UHGV virus genome: UHGV-1361177
Strand: one strand, 5' to 3'
Length of the DNA: 60,398 bases
Source: a virus
The notes beneath the pieces are model-generated. The model made no database searches. It saw nothing but the letters and a program-made list of their open reading frames with translations, and was not told the origin of the DNA. A program made the position numbers and the translations under genes. This document shows, piece after piece, positions 36,606 to 45,411 of the stretch (positions are counted from its first letter, which is position 1; the number at the start of each line of letters is the position of its first letter).

Positions 36606-37214
36606 TTATTCCTCTGATTCAAAGATTGAAGAAGAAAAGATACAAAATGGACGAACACCGCAGTCGTAATTGCAGTCGAAGTCGCTGATATCGCCAGAAG
36701 GAGAAACAACGGTTACTGTACTGGAATAATCATTACATGGTGTACTCCACGGGCTAATTAACCACCACCATTTATTTGCATTAGGAATGTATTTCCTATA
36801 TTTTCTGTACTCATCTACTGTCAGAAGCGACACTTTATCAGTGCATGATCCGTATTCTGTCTGACCGTCAAGAGAAAGGAGATTTCTTTCAAACCCTAAT
36901 ACATTTCCTTCTCCTATTTCTTTTTCCAGCTTTTCTAAAAATTCTTTGTTAAGATAACTTCTCAGTTTACTTGTTTCCCAGTTGTTATCGTCAGAATCAA
37001 ACTCTTTATTCCCTATAGATTCTGCTAGGCACACATATCCCTCACCTGCAATATCCAGAATTTTCCATGTTGTTCCGGCAAGCTGAAATTCATCTCCGAT
37101 TGAAAGTCCGGCCGGTAACTTCTTCATATTCATAGAATTGTTACCTTTCAATGCATTTATTTCTTTTTTCAACTCATCGATCTGCTCCTGAAGCGCTTTC
37201 ATTGTTAATGCCAT
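36606..37214 (-). CDS. hypothetical protein, paralog A, with a shared C-terminal WW...PWS...VSPSG...GVRPFCI domain
   Basis: N-terminal coiled coil; C-terminal KWWWLISPWSTP...VSPSGDISDFDCNYDCGVRPFCIF. Confidence 0.5.
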   Translation of the reverse strand: MALTMKALQEQIDELKKEINALKGNNSMNMKKLPAGLSIGDEFQLAGTTWKILDIAGEGYVCLAESIGNKEFDSDDNNWETSKLRSYLNKEFLEKLEKEIGEGNVLGFERNLLSLDGQTEYGSCTDKVSLLTVDEYRKYRKYIPNANKWWWLISPWSTPCNDYSSTVTVVSPSGDISDFDCNYDCGVRPFCIFSSSIFESEE

Positions 37215-37216
37215 AA

Positions 37217-37822
37217 TTATTCTCCCTTCGATACAAAGATATGAGATTTTAAGATACAGAATGGACGAACACCGCCGTAGTCATTGTAGTGGCGGCTGCC
37301 GAAATAGCCAGAAGGAGAAACAAGGGCGATTGAATATTCCAAACCACGTTCTTTGGTGCTCCATGGGGTGCATGTCCACCACCGGTCACCCAGGTCTTTA
37401 TTGACAAGCAGATCATTATACTTTCTGGCTTCATCAAAGGTAATCGGTCTTACCTTGCATACACAGTCTTCAAATTCGTGCTGCATATCCACTGATGTAA
37501 GGTTTACTTTATGTTCAACCAGGTTCTCTGCGCCAAGCGCATTTTCAATGATTGGCTGAATATCAGCTTCAATCATTTTTTTAAGGCTTGATTTGTTGTA
37601 ATCTTTCGTATTTCGGTCGAATACAACGTCCTCTGCCATAAATTCTTTTGAAATAACTTTTGTTGTCTGACTAGAACCATCCTGATCCAGCACGATAAAA
37701 TCATGCTCCCCGATCTTAAATGTTTCCCTAGGCTTCAGTTCTGACAGCCTTACTTTGTTCTTTTTCTCTGCTTCTTCCAACTGCTTTACTAACTCTCTTG
37801 CCATATCTAAAGCTTTGCTCAT
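37217..37822 (-). CDS. hypothetical protein, paralog B of 36606..37214
   Basis: C-terminal RWWTCTPWSTK...VSPSGYFGSRHYNDYGGVRPFCIL. Stop and start are 2 nt apart. Confidence 0.5.
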   Translation of the reverse strand: MSKALDMARELVKQLEEAEKKNKVRLSELKPRETFKIGEHDFIVLDQDGSSQTTKVISKEFMAEDVVFDRNTKDYNKSSLKKMIEADIQPIIENALGAENLVEHKVNLTSVDMQHEFEDCVCKVRPITFDEARKYNDLLVNKDLGDRWWTCTPWSTKERGLEYSIALVSPSGYFGSRHYNDYGGVRPFCILKSHIFVSKGE

Positions 37823-38001
37823 TTTTGTTTCCTCCCTCGCTAAATCGCATTAAATAACTGAACCGCAAACAGCTCATTAACAAATTTTTTGTAAACCTTT
37901 CCATCCATTTTTACACAATACTGGAATCCGTCATTTTCAAGGGTGACTTTGCATGGTTTCCCCTTCTCTGTAGCAATCCATTTGTCCATGATTACCATAA
38001 T

Positions 38002-39918
38002 TTATCCCTCCACTTTTAATTTTGTATTATCGTTTACAACTAACATAATCAGCTGACCGTTAACCATATTAGAAACCTTTTTCTGGTTTTCAGAATCCAA
38101 AGATTCACAGTCATCCACCCAGATTGGAACTGATATTCCGGCAATTTCCTGTACACTCTGGCAAATATCAACTCTACCCAAGATCCGATTTCCCTTGTTG
38201 CTAATCGTTGTAAGGATAGATTTTCCGTCAACCATAGGTACGCAGGTTGATTTATAGTTGCCATTTTTTGCAGTTTCAAATAATTGCCACTGTACCAGCT
38301 TGAACCTCTGGTTAATTTGGTCTGAAAGTTCTTCATTCTTAGCTTTCTCCAATTCAGTAAGCAGATAGAGGACTTTTTCTGCATCAGCCTGCTGCTGCAC
38401 CATGTCAGTTCTCTTTTCTTTTAACCCTTCCAGACGCTTTTCTTCGGCTTCCGTATTTGCCATGAGGATTTTTGATTCACAGCCAAAAAGTTCTTCTCTT
38501 AGCTCCTGTTCTTCTTCCTTAAGCGCCTTTCGATACTCCGAAGTGTCTTCCATGCTCTTCAGAAGCTTTTCTTTTTCAGCAATTTGTTTTGTGATCTCCT
38601 GATATTCAGCTGTATCGGATATATCAATCTTTTCAGGAAGTTTTGAAAACTTATCTTCCAATTCTTTTGCCTCTAAAGTCACTGCATCACGCTCAACTTT
38701 TCGCTCTTCCAAATCTAATCTCAACTGTTCTAAATCTTTTGTTTTTTTCTCTAACTGATCTTTGGTATTATTTCCGTCTGCGGTAATCGAAGCAAGTAAA
38801 TCCGCTTTTTCCTTTTCAAAATTGGCAAAAAGTTCTACCTTTTTCTCTTCCGGGTAAAGCTGCTTGCAGTATGGGCAAACAAGCGAGGTTTCATCCAGTT
38901 TTCGTTCATTTTCTTCTTTCCACTCTATACGGATGCCTTCCAGCTTTCCTTTTAACCGATCAATAGCGGCTACAGCCGCAGAAATTTGGGTTTCTATAGC
39001 ATTTATACCTATCTGTAATTCGCCACGATCCGATATCTTTAGCGCAGAAGCGCTCAACAGTTTAGCTCTTTCTTCCACTAATGCCTCGTTTGCTTTTCTT
39101 TCAAGCCCAGACAGTTCCATTTTCAGTTCTAAAATACCGTCAGTTAGCTCATTATAATTCTTATAAAGTTTTTCACTTTCAAGCTGCTTATCAACATTTT
39201 CTTGAATTTTCTTCTTAAGGCAATTTTTCTGAATTTCCAAATCAGATACGTCCATATCAGTCTTTGCCTTTATGCCCGCTTCCTTTTCCCTAATCTGTCC
39301 CTCTAATATAGGAAGCTCTTTTTTAATATCAGCTACTTTTTTCTTATTCATAGCTGATAATTCCTCTGCTGAATATTTTTCAAGCAGCGCTTCCAGTTCT
39401 GATAGATCCGGATATTTATTTGCTACAGCTACATCCGAAATATCGTTGACTGTCTGGAATAAAAACTTGCGGACCTCATCTGATTTCTGATTAAGAAACG
39501 CATTGATATTGCTTGACATCTTAAAAACATTATCAATTTCCAAATACTCATTAAACGCCGTTTTTGTCTTCGGAACATCATTAATAAAATATTTGTTATC
39601 GTCCTTATATGAACTACCGTCTTTGCTATAAGTACGCTTCTGCACCTTGCAAACCGCAATCTTTCTTCCGTCTATATCCAGAACCATAGTTACTTCAACA
39701 TCACCTTCTACCGGTGATCCGTTCACTTCACGTCTCACGACTGGATTACTTCTCATTTCGTAATCACAGTCAAACAGGCACCATGTATATGCACTTGCTA
39801 TGCTGGACTTGCCCTTTCCATTTGCTCCGGAAATGACAGTCTTATCATGGAAATGAAAATCCTTTTCTTCATAGCACATGAAATTTTTAAGGTGCATGCT
39901 TAAGAGTTTAATTCTCAT
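38002..39918 (-). CDS. Rad50/SbcC-like SMC-family ATPase with a zinc hook
   Basis: Walker A GANGKGKSS, a long coiled coil with a central CPYC hook, and a C-terminal Walker B/D-loop IWVDDCESLD. Confidence 0.7.
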   Translation of the reverse strand: MRIKLLSMHLKNFMCYEEKDFHFHDKTVISGANGKGKSSIASAYTWCLFDCDYEMRSNPVVRREVNGSPVEGDVEVTMVLDIDGRKIAVCKVQKRTYSKDGSSYKDDNKYFINDVPKTKTAFNEYLEIDNVFKMSSNINAFLNQKSDEVRKFLFQTVNDISDVAVANKYPDLSELEALLEKYSAEELSAMNKKKVADIKKELPILEGQIREKEAGIKAKTDMDVSDLEIQKNCLKKKIQENVDKQLESEKLYKNYNELTDGILELKMELSGLERKANEALVEERAKLLSASALKISDRGELQIGINAIETQISAAVAAIDRLKGKLEGIRIEWKEENERKLDETSLVCPYCKQLYPEEKKVELFANFEKEKADLLASITADGNNTKDQLEKKTKDLEQLRLDLEERKVERDAVTLEAKELEDKFSKLPEKIDISDTAEYQEITKQIAEKEKLLKSMEDTSEYRKALKEEEQELREELFGCESKILMANTEAEEKRLEGLKEKRTDMVQQQADAEKVLYLLTELEKAKNEELSDQINQRFKLVQWQLFETAKNGNYKSTCVPMVDGKSILTTISNKGNRILGRVDICQSVQEIAGISVPIWVDDCESLDSENQKKVSNMVNGQLIMLVVNDNTKLKVEG

Positions 39919-40093
39919 TCGTCTTTACCGCCTTTCTTTCAACTCCCAGAATAGCCCTCACGACTTCATCTGAGATATAACCGCAGGTTTCAAAAACTTC
40001 TTTAAGGACATTAAGCCTAGCTTGTTTATCTGCTAAAACTTCATACTCAGATTTAGTAAGCAGAACGGTTCTGCTATTTTTGTTTTCATCCAT
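39908..40093 (-). CDS. hypothetical small protein
   Basis: 61 aa ORF. Confidence 0.3.
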   Translation of the reverse strand: MDENKNSRTVLLTKSEYEVLADKQARLNVLKEVFETCGYISDEVVRAILGVERKAVKTNEN

Positions 40094-40098
40094 CCAAC

Positions 40099-40284
40099 TT
40101 ATCTCCTCGCTCTTTTAAATTTGTCCACGATTTTTCTCTTATTCGTGGTCTTGTTACTGAGTTTCAAATAAAACTCAGTTTCTTCTACCAGCATCCATTC
40201 CCCAGCATTTAAATGAGCTGCCGAAACAGCTTCTTTTTGCGACCGGGTTAACTTCTTCGGCTGCTTCATTTTCTGCTTCTCCAA
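40099..40284 (-). CDS. hypothetical small basic protein
   Basis: 61 aa ORF. Confidence 0.3.
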   Translation of the reverse strand: MEKQKMKQPKKLTRSQKEAVSAAHLNAGEWMLVEETEFYLKLSNKTTNKRKIVDKFKRARR

Positions 40285-40381
40285 GCCACATAGAATAAAA
40301 AGCCTAAAACCACTGCAACTTCAGTCACAAGTGTGGTTAAAACTCCGGCCCAAAATTGGTCAATATACATTGCGCATCCTC

Positions 40382-40591
40382 CTATCTTGTTACCAACCAC
40401 AGTGCCAATGCTGCTCCAACCATCATCAGCCCTGCTACTATAATCACTGCATCTGCAACCTTCCAAAAGATTTCTTTCCAGTGTTTTTTTTCAGTCTTAA
40501 TTGCCACGTAGCTTACACCAAGCGGGCAATCATGATTTTTCATCTTTGCCATTTTTCCAATACCTTTCTTGTGGTATAATCTCCTTATCAT
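40382..40591 (-). CDS. small membrane protein, followed by a second ~35-aa TM peptide ORF (40266..40372) with an AGGAGG RBS
   Basis: C-terminal TM segment AVIIVAGLMMVGAALALWLV. Downstream MYIDQFWAGVLTTLVTEVAVVLGFLFYVAWRSRK. Confidence 0.3.
   Translation of the reverse strand: MIRRLYHKKGIGKMAKMKNHDCPLGVSYVAIKTEKKHWKEIFWKVADAVIIVAGLMMVGAALALWLVTR
40560..40580 (+). promoter_or_regulatory. extended -10 promoter TGgTATAAT for the plus-strand gene 40613..40840
   Basis: ctttcttgTGgTATAATctcc, 32 nt upstream of AGGAGGTGAATTAAA then ATG. Confidence 0.4.
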
Positions 40592-40612
40592 TTAACAAGG
40601 AGGTGAATTAAA

Positions 40613-40840
40613 ATGTTTATTAAAATCAGAATTTCTTGCCCTTGCCATTGCTCATATATCGTGAATGAGAATATCAATTCCGACAAAGTTGTTTGCCCCA
40701 ACTGTGGAAGTGAATATCCTTACTCCGAAAAATTAGCATCTATGCTCAGATTGGCAAAAGAGATACCTGAAGGTGAATGTCTTTCAGAACATTCCGTTCG
40801 GGTTATTTCTCTTTCGGAAGATATGAACAGCCGTCAATAA
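40613..40840 (+). CDS. zinc-ribbon protein
   Basis: Strong RBS AAGGAGGTG. CPCHCSY...CPNCGSEY. Confidence 0.5.
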   Translation: MFIKIRISCPCHCSYIVNENINSDKVVCPNCGSEYPYSEKLASMLRLAKEIPEGECLSEHSVRVISLSEDMNSRQ

Positions 40841-41024
40841 CTAACTTCATATATTCCAGAAACCCTTTAGCAACCGTAGCGGTCAGATTATTTTCAGCAA
40901 TTAGCATTCTTACATTCTTTTCTAATTCTGATGCTTGCTGACCGTTACATTGCCGGTAATAGGAATAATGTTTTCCTTCATACGTCTTTTCAAGTTCATC
41001 TGCTGTTAATGCATATGGAGACAT
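40803..41024 (-). CDS. hypothetical small protein
   Basis: 73 aa ORF convergent with the zinc-ribbon gene. Confidence 0.3.
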   Translation of the reverse strand: MSPYALTADELEKTYEGKHYSYYRQCNGQQASELEKNVRMLIAENNLTATVAKGFLEYMKLVIDGCSYLPKEK

Positions 41025-41143
41025 ATTTTTTCACCCTCTTTCTACTTCAACATCAAAAACAAAACAGTCAATACACCTGCAATAAAACCTAATACGGTAA
41101 CAATGTCATTATCATTCTTCATCTGTATCCATTTTTCCCTTTC

Positions 41144-41872
41144 TTATGCTGTTTTCTCCGAATCCAGTATTTTCTTTCTAATTGCGTCAACGCCCTTCTG
41201 ATACACCAGTGTCTTAGTAGATACACACTGCTCACCGTTTTTGGAATACTTCTGTTCAATTACTCGGAACCACCCGCAGTCAATGTATCTCTGGTATGGC
41301 ACGTTCCACCTATCCAAAATCCCGCTGCTTCTGAGAAATTCAAATAGATTGTTTCTGCCATATCCTTTAATTCCCAGAACCTTTGAAACCTCATTCATAG
41401 AAATTGCAGTCTTACTGTCAGCCACTGCATCGAAAAACTCTGCTTTTGGCTTCATCTGCTCAATTTGCCTGTCTTTCTGAGAAATGATATTCTGTGCCAC
41501 GATTAAGGCATTGGCTACAATTTGCTCCGGTGTAAGATTTTCCTGGTTGGCAATGTAGCCACCGTTCTTACGAATAGATGGGAGGACTTCATCAAAAATC
41601 CAGTGTTCAAATTCATCCGCTTTGGGCAACTGCGATTTAATGACAAGTCTGTAAACATCACCCTCTGGAATGATTTTTAACTCCTGTTCCCCGCCTTCTG
41701 TAAGGTATCGGTGTTTTACCGACCCCTTGCAATGTGTAGAAACTGCATCCGCAGGCCTTTTGTATCCAAGCGACCTTGCTACATCATTTGCTACAAAATA
41801 AGGTTTCCCGTCAATTTCTAGCGTTCTCACGCTACCAAAATCAGTACTATTAAAAACCTGTACTTCATTCAT
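41144..41872 (-). CDS. ant: phage antirepressor (Bro-N plus KilA-C domains)
   Basis: VRTLEIDGKPYFVANDVARSLGYKRPADAV (Bro-N) and a C-terminal KilAC-like region. Confidence 0.75.
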   Translation of the reverse strand: MNEVQVFNSTDFGSVRTLEIDGKPYFVANDVARSLGYKRPADAVSTHCKGSVKHRYLTEGGEQELKIIPEGDVYRLVIKSQLPKADEFEHWIFDEVLPSIRKNGGYIANQENLTPEQIVANALIVAQNIISQKDRQIEQMKPKAEFFDAVADSKTAISMNEVSKVLGIKGYGRNNLFEFLRSSGILDRWNVPYQRYIDCGWFRVIEQKYSKNGEQCVSTKTLVYQKGVDAIRKKILDSEKTA

Positions 41873-41884
41873 TTCTTTACACCT

Positions 41885-41900
41885 TCTTTCGTGGTATAAT
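41885..41900 (+). promoter_or_regulatory. second copy of the TTCnTGTGGTATAAT extended -10 promoter
   Basis: cttctttcgTGgTATAATgat, upstream of GGAGGTACATGCTC then ATG. Confidence 0.4.
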
Positions 41901-41928
41901 GATAAAAAATTCTTGGAGGTACATGCTC

Positions 41929-42351
41929 ATGCAATTCTTAAATTCAGACCACTTAGAGCTTGCTATATCTGCCATAACTCTATGTGTGGCAATAATCTGT
42001 CCTGTTCTTGTTACTATCGTCAATAGCGTTCATAGTACTCACATACGAAAGCTTGAATTGAAATATGAAAAGCAGCTTTCCTATTATCAGAAACAGCAGT
42101 CTGTATTCAACTGTTTTTTAGAATTTGCTTCCAAACAATTAGAGGCAAATTATCAAAGTGAGCGAATCGAATACATCCGTTCTTACCATGAGTTGGTTTT
42201 ATATGTACCCTCCGAATACTGGGGACAACTGTCATCTCTCCATGAATCATTGCTCAATAGAAAAAATGACTCATCTGAAAAATTGCTTGCCGTTACCCAA
42301 ACATTGGGAAAAATCCTACAAGAATCTGAGCAATTATTCCCAAAATTATAG
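41929..42351 (+). CDS. membrane protein (N-terminal TM plus a coiled-coil-like region); moron or superinfection-exclusion candidate
   Basis: MQFLNSDHLELAISAITLCVAIICPVLVTIVNSV... Confidence 0.4.
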   Translation: MQFLNSDHLELAISAITLCVAIICPVLVTIVNSVHSTHIRKLELKYEKQLSYYQKQQSVFNCFLEFASKQLEANYQSERIEYIRSYHELVLYVPSEYWGQLSSLHESLLNRKNDSSEKLLAVTQTLGKILQESEQLFPKL

Positions 42352-42478
42352 TGTAGACAAGCCCCGCAATTCTCCAACCATGCACTGACCTGCCATGCCA
42401 GTAACTTGTAGTGCATGTTACAAGCACAAATGCCGCAATAGGTATTGCGTCCAGCCAACTATAATGAAGCATTTCTTT
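42293..42478 (-). CDS. small two-TM membrane protein, co-oriented downstream of the XRE repressor-like gene
   Basis: AGGAGAGAAAGAA then ATG. MLHYSWLDAIPIAAFVLVTCTT...GLVYTIILGIIAQILVGFF. Its 3' end overlaps the convergent 41929..42351 gene. Confidence 0.4.
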   Translation of the reverse strand, partial: KEMLHYSWLDAIPIAAFVLVTCTTSYWHGRSVHGWRIAGLVYTIILGIIAQILVGFFPMFG

Positions 42479-42488
42479 CTCTCCTAAA

Positions 42489-42677
42489 CTAACTACTGAC
42501 TAGCTCAGCCACTGTAATTCCAGTTACCTTTGCGATTTTTTCCAAAGTGTCCAATGACGGAGTACTGCCTTTTTTCCACATTCTGATAGTTCCATTTCCG
42601 ATGTTGCATTTCTTTTCAAATGCCGCAATCGAAAGATCGTTTTTCTCGCAATACTCCATGATTTTTTTATAAATCAT
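42489..42677 (-). CDS. XRE-family HTH regulator (short, Cro/cI-like)
   Basis: LSIAAFEKKCNIGNGTIRMWKKG...LDTLEKIAKVTGITVAELV. Confidence 0.65.
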   Translation of the reverse strand: MIYKKIMEYCEKNDLSIAAFEKKCNIGNGTIRMWKKGSTPSLDTLEKIAKVTGITVAELVSS

Positions 42678-42889
42678 AAAATCGTCTCCTTTCTCTAAAT
42701 ATTTAGAGAAAAGTCTATTGACTTTAATTAGATAGCGGTCTAAAATATGAATTGTCGAGAAACATATTTTAGGGGCTTTTCTATATTTGTTTTAGGCTTT
42801 TCTCTAATCCATAAGCCAATTATATAGACTATCCTCTAATTTGTCAACCCTATTTTTAGAGTTTTACCTAATTTTTTAGGAGGTAGTCA
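42678..42889. promoter_or_regulatory. divergent intergenic control region with an inverted repeat (CTAAAATATG ... CATATTTTAG) and related half-sites
   Basis: gtctaaaatatgaattgtcgagaaacatattttagg, plus further tattttag- and ctaaaaat-like copies. Confidence 0.4.
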
Positions 42890-43234
42890 ATGAACGCAGT
42901 AGAACGGGTAAAAGCCATATGTAAACAGCGAAAAATACCAATTTCTAAACTAGAAACTGATTTAGGATATGGAAATGCATACATATCCAGATTAAAAAAA
43001 GGCGTATTCCCCAATGATAGATTAGAGGAAATAGCCAATTACTTAAATTTATCGTCTTATTATCTTTCCACCGGGGAAGAAAAAGCCCCTAATGAATTTT
43101 CCGTAGAACAGGGCACTCTGGATGTGAAAATATCCCAGGATTTAGAGCTGAAAAATGCTTTAGAAAATTACTTTAAACTGTCAGAAAAGAAAAAGAAACT
43201 TGTTATTGAATTAATCAATTCGCTTGCCGAATAA
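42890..43234 (+). CDS. XRE-family HTH regulator with a C-terminal extension
   Basis: ISKLETDLGYGNAYISRLKKG...LEEIANYLNLSSYYL. Confidence 0.65.
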   Translation: MNAVERVKAICKQRKIPISKLETDLGYGNAYISRLKKGVFPNDRLEEIANYLNLSSYYLSTGEEKAPNEFSVEQGTLDVKISQDLELKNALENYFKLSEKKKKLVIELINSLAE

Positions 43235-43290
43235 TTCCAAAAGAAAAAGCACGTCACCAATAGAATTGACGTGCCAAATGAGGTATGACT

Positions 43291-43482
43291 ATGGAAAAAC
43301 AAATGATTAGATGCGATAACTTATCTCAAGATCGCATAAACGAAATAATTCTAAGCTATACAAAACTTGGGTGGAAATTTATTGGTATTTCAGAGGGGTT
43401 CCCTAAAGACTACGCTTGGATACATTTAGAGTGGTCTAAGCCGGAACCTCCGATTTGGCCCGGCATAAAACCCAACAATTAA
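43291..43482 (+). CDS. hypothetical protein
   Basis: GAGGTATGACT then ATG. MEKQMIRCDNLSQDRINEIILSYTKLGWKF... Confidence 0.35.
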   Translation: MEKQMIRCDNLSQDRINEIILSYTKLGWKFIGISEGFPKDYAWIHLEWSKPEPPIWPGIKPNN

Positions 43483-43633
43483 TCCCATGCATTTCTGGTG
43501 AAAAAAATACCACAAAACCATTTTTAACATAATCATCTCTTGCTGCTTCTGTTTTTGCGATTGCAACGCACTGGAATGACCCTTGATTATTCATGTCATA
43601 ATTCAGTGCGGTGCAGTTTTTTAAATTATCCAT
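43436..43633 (-). CDS. hypothetical small protein
   Basis: 65 aa ORF. Confidence 0.25.
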   Translation of the reverse strand: MDNLKNCTALNYDMNNQGSFQCVAIAKTEAARDDYVKNGFVVFFSPEMHGINCWVLCRAKSEVPA

Positions 43634-43645
43634 ATTGTCTCCAAC

Positions 43646-43921
43646 TTAAATATGGCCTTTTATTTTGCCTTTGATGAAAGTATAAAGATATTCTAGGATA
43701 TCTTTTCTCTCAATTTTGTTTACCATTTCAATGATTTTCTTCCGATACTCTTCTTTTTCATCCACTAAAAGTCCCTCCAATTCATCCAAACCGCACGTTC
43801 TCTGTGTAGCGATAGGCATATTATAGAACGTATGTTCGATTATGTCAAGATAGCATCGGGGACACCGATACAAAATCAATGTCCCCAAACCAGAAGTTGA
43901 TTGCCCATTTTCATTGGACAT
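43646..43921 (-). CDS. hypothetical protein (CPRCY motif)
   Basis: 91 aa, no TM segment. Confidence 0.3.
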   Translation of the reverse strand: MSNENGQSTSGLGTLILYRCPRCYLDIIEHTFYNMPIATQRTCGLDELEGLLVDEKEEYRKKIIEMVNKIERKDILEYLYTFIKGKIKGHI

Positions 43922-43974
43922 TTCTAGTATATGCTTTTAGTGGGTAAAATATTCTTACGAGCAACGAAAAACTT

Positions 43975-44115
43975 TTATGATTCTTCTGTTTCTTCTGCAA
44001 GTTCTCCGCAATCCAGATCAATTAAAACCTGTTTTACCTGTGGCTTAATCTTTTCTGGTACCTGCGCGTAAGTCTTTCTACCTTTGATAATAAGAGTTGC
44101 ATAAATAATTGCCAT
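43975..44115 (-). CDS. XkdX-like small phage protein (copy 2)
   Basis: AAGGAGGTAAGCGAT then ATG. MAIIYATLIIKGRKTYAQVPEKIKPQVKQVLIDLDCGELAEETEES. Confidence 0.4.
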   Translation of the reverse strand: MAIIYATLIIKGRKTYAQVPEKIKPQVKQVLIDLDCGELAEETEES

Positions 44116-44155
44116 ATCGCTTACCTCCTTTCGTAATATTAAGAAAAGCAATAGT

Positions 44156-44269
44156 CTAAGCATCTAACAAAGCCTCGACCTCTGCTCTAATCTTCTCTGG
44201 AACATCATCAATTGTTTTTTTGCCCTTGCGAATTAAGTCCGCATAGACAGTTGCCATGTAGCTTGCCAT
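44156..44269 (-). CDS. XkdX-like small phage protein (copy 1, tandem paralog)
   Basis: AAAGGAGGCTTAATC then ATG. MASYMATVYADLIRKGKKTIDDVPEKIRAEVEALLDA. Confidence 0.35.
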   Translation of the reverse strand: MASYMATVYADLIRKGKKTIDDVPEKIRAEVEALLDA

Positions 44270-44271
44270 GA

Positions 44272-44637
44272 TTAAGCCTCCTTTGTGGTTGTAGTGGTTT
44301 GGGTTGCTTCATAAAGTTCAGTCAATGCTAACTGGGTGTTAGTGACTTCATCTTCCAGTGCCAGATTAGCTTCATACTGCTCGGTAAGAGCTAACTGGGC
44401 TTCGGTGAGCTGGTTTTCCAAATCTGTTACTCTAATCTGTAGTTTTCCAATATCTGATTCTGGCAGATACGAAAACACTGCTTTAGGCTCATCTGGATTA
44501 GTTACGTCAATTTTTTCAAGAGATGCTCCGTCTGGAATGTCCACGAACATTGACAACAGACCTTGTGGGGCTTGTTCTTCCCCATACACAATTGACCAGA
44601 TTCTACCTGTGGCATCGTAAATTACTAATGCTTTCAT
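44272..44637 (-). CDS. hypothetical coiled-coil protein downstream of the fiber genes
   Basis: C-terminal LENQLTEAQLALTEQYEANLALEDEVTNTQLALTELYE repeats. Confidence 0.4.
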   Translation of the reverse strand: MKALVIYDATGRIWSIVYGEEQAPQGLLSMFVDIPDGASLEKIDVTNPDEPKAVFSYLPESDIGKLQIRVTDLENQLTEAQLALTEQYEANLALEDEVTNTQLALTELYEATQTTTTTKEA

Positions 44638-44754
44638 TTGTTCTGTTCCTTTCTTGATTGTGATATACTGTTAATATCTTTTTACTTTTCTACAATTTTC
44701 TGCATCACCCCCATATGCCGGTAATCCACATTGGTATGTGATTGCAGGATATTA

Positions 44755-45411
44755 TTAATAGTATCCTGTAACGTAGTAATTGTACTTCTTATTTGGGGTT
44801 GTAACTTTTACTTTAAAAGTTGTTCCGCTTCGAATCGGAGAAGCCAATGTATAATTGGGCAATATTACACTTAGATTAGCCGGATCCCAAGGACAAGAAG
44901 TAGATAAGTCATGTGGGCCATTTTCCGCCATAAACATCCAACTTTTAATATAAAAACCAAGAGATAATGTTACATAATAGTCACTGCCAGAAGTTACTTG
45001 CCCATAACGAGATGCAAATTGTCTCACATTACCTGAAACACCGAATATCGACTTCCCATAAAGTATATTATTGCCAGTTAAATTCCCATCACCTTTGATA
45101 ACAATATCGCCGGTCATTTTCTTACCACTGCATGATACTGTCTGTTGAGCCGTATTAGGCGTATAAGTCCCACCACTCATCATACCCATGGTGCCGGTCT
45201 GCTTGCTTTTGGGATTGGTGGTATAGAAAGTTTTACCTGATAACACATCACCGGCTCCGGCATCACCACTAAGGGTTAGTGTACCAGTTAAAGGCTCTCC
45301 ATCTGCGCCAACAATTACCTTTCCAGACAAAACATCGTCCGCTGCGGCTGATACAACATCGAGGTCAATTCCACCACTGCCACCAATCATTAATACCTGT
45401 CCCATGGTCAT
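44755..45411 (-). CDS. tail fiber / receptor-binding protein (putative)
   Basis: Gly-rich with repeated DVLSGK motifs. Lies after the tail-associated protein. Confidence 0.5.
   Translation of the reverse strand: MTMGQVLMIGGSGGIDLDVVSAAADDVLSGKVIVGADGEPLTGTLTLSGDAGAGDVLSGKTFYTTNPKSKQTGTMGMMSGGTYTPNTAQQTVSCSGKKMTGDIVIKGDGNLTGNNILYGKSIFGVSGNVRQFASRYGQVTSGSDYYVTLSLGFYIKSWMFMAENGPHDLSTSCPWDPANLSVILPNYTLASPIRSGTTFKVKVTTPNKKYNYYVTGYY

Noticed and set aside
42183-42458. 91-aa minus-strand Cys-rich ORF from the six-frame track
   Set aside because: A different frame of the same stretch (42293..42478) has an AGGAGA RBS, an ATG start and two clean TM helices. The track ORF lacks an RBS.
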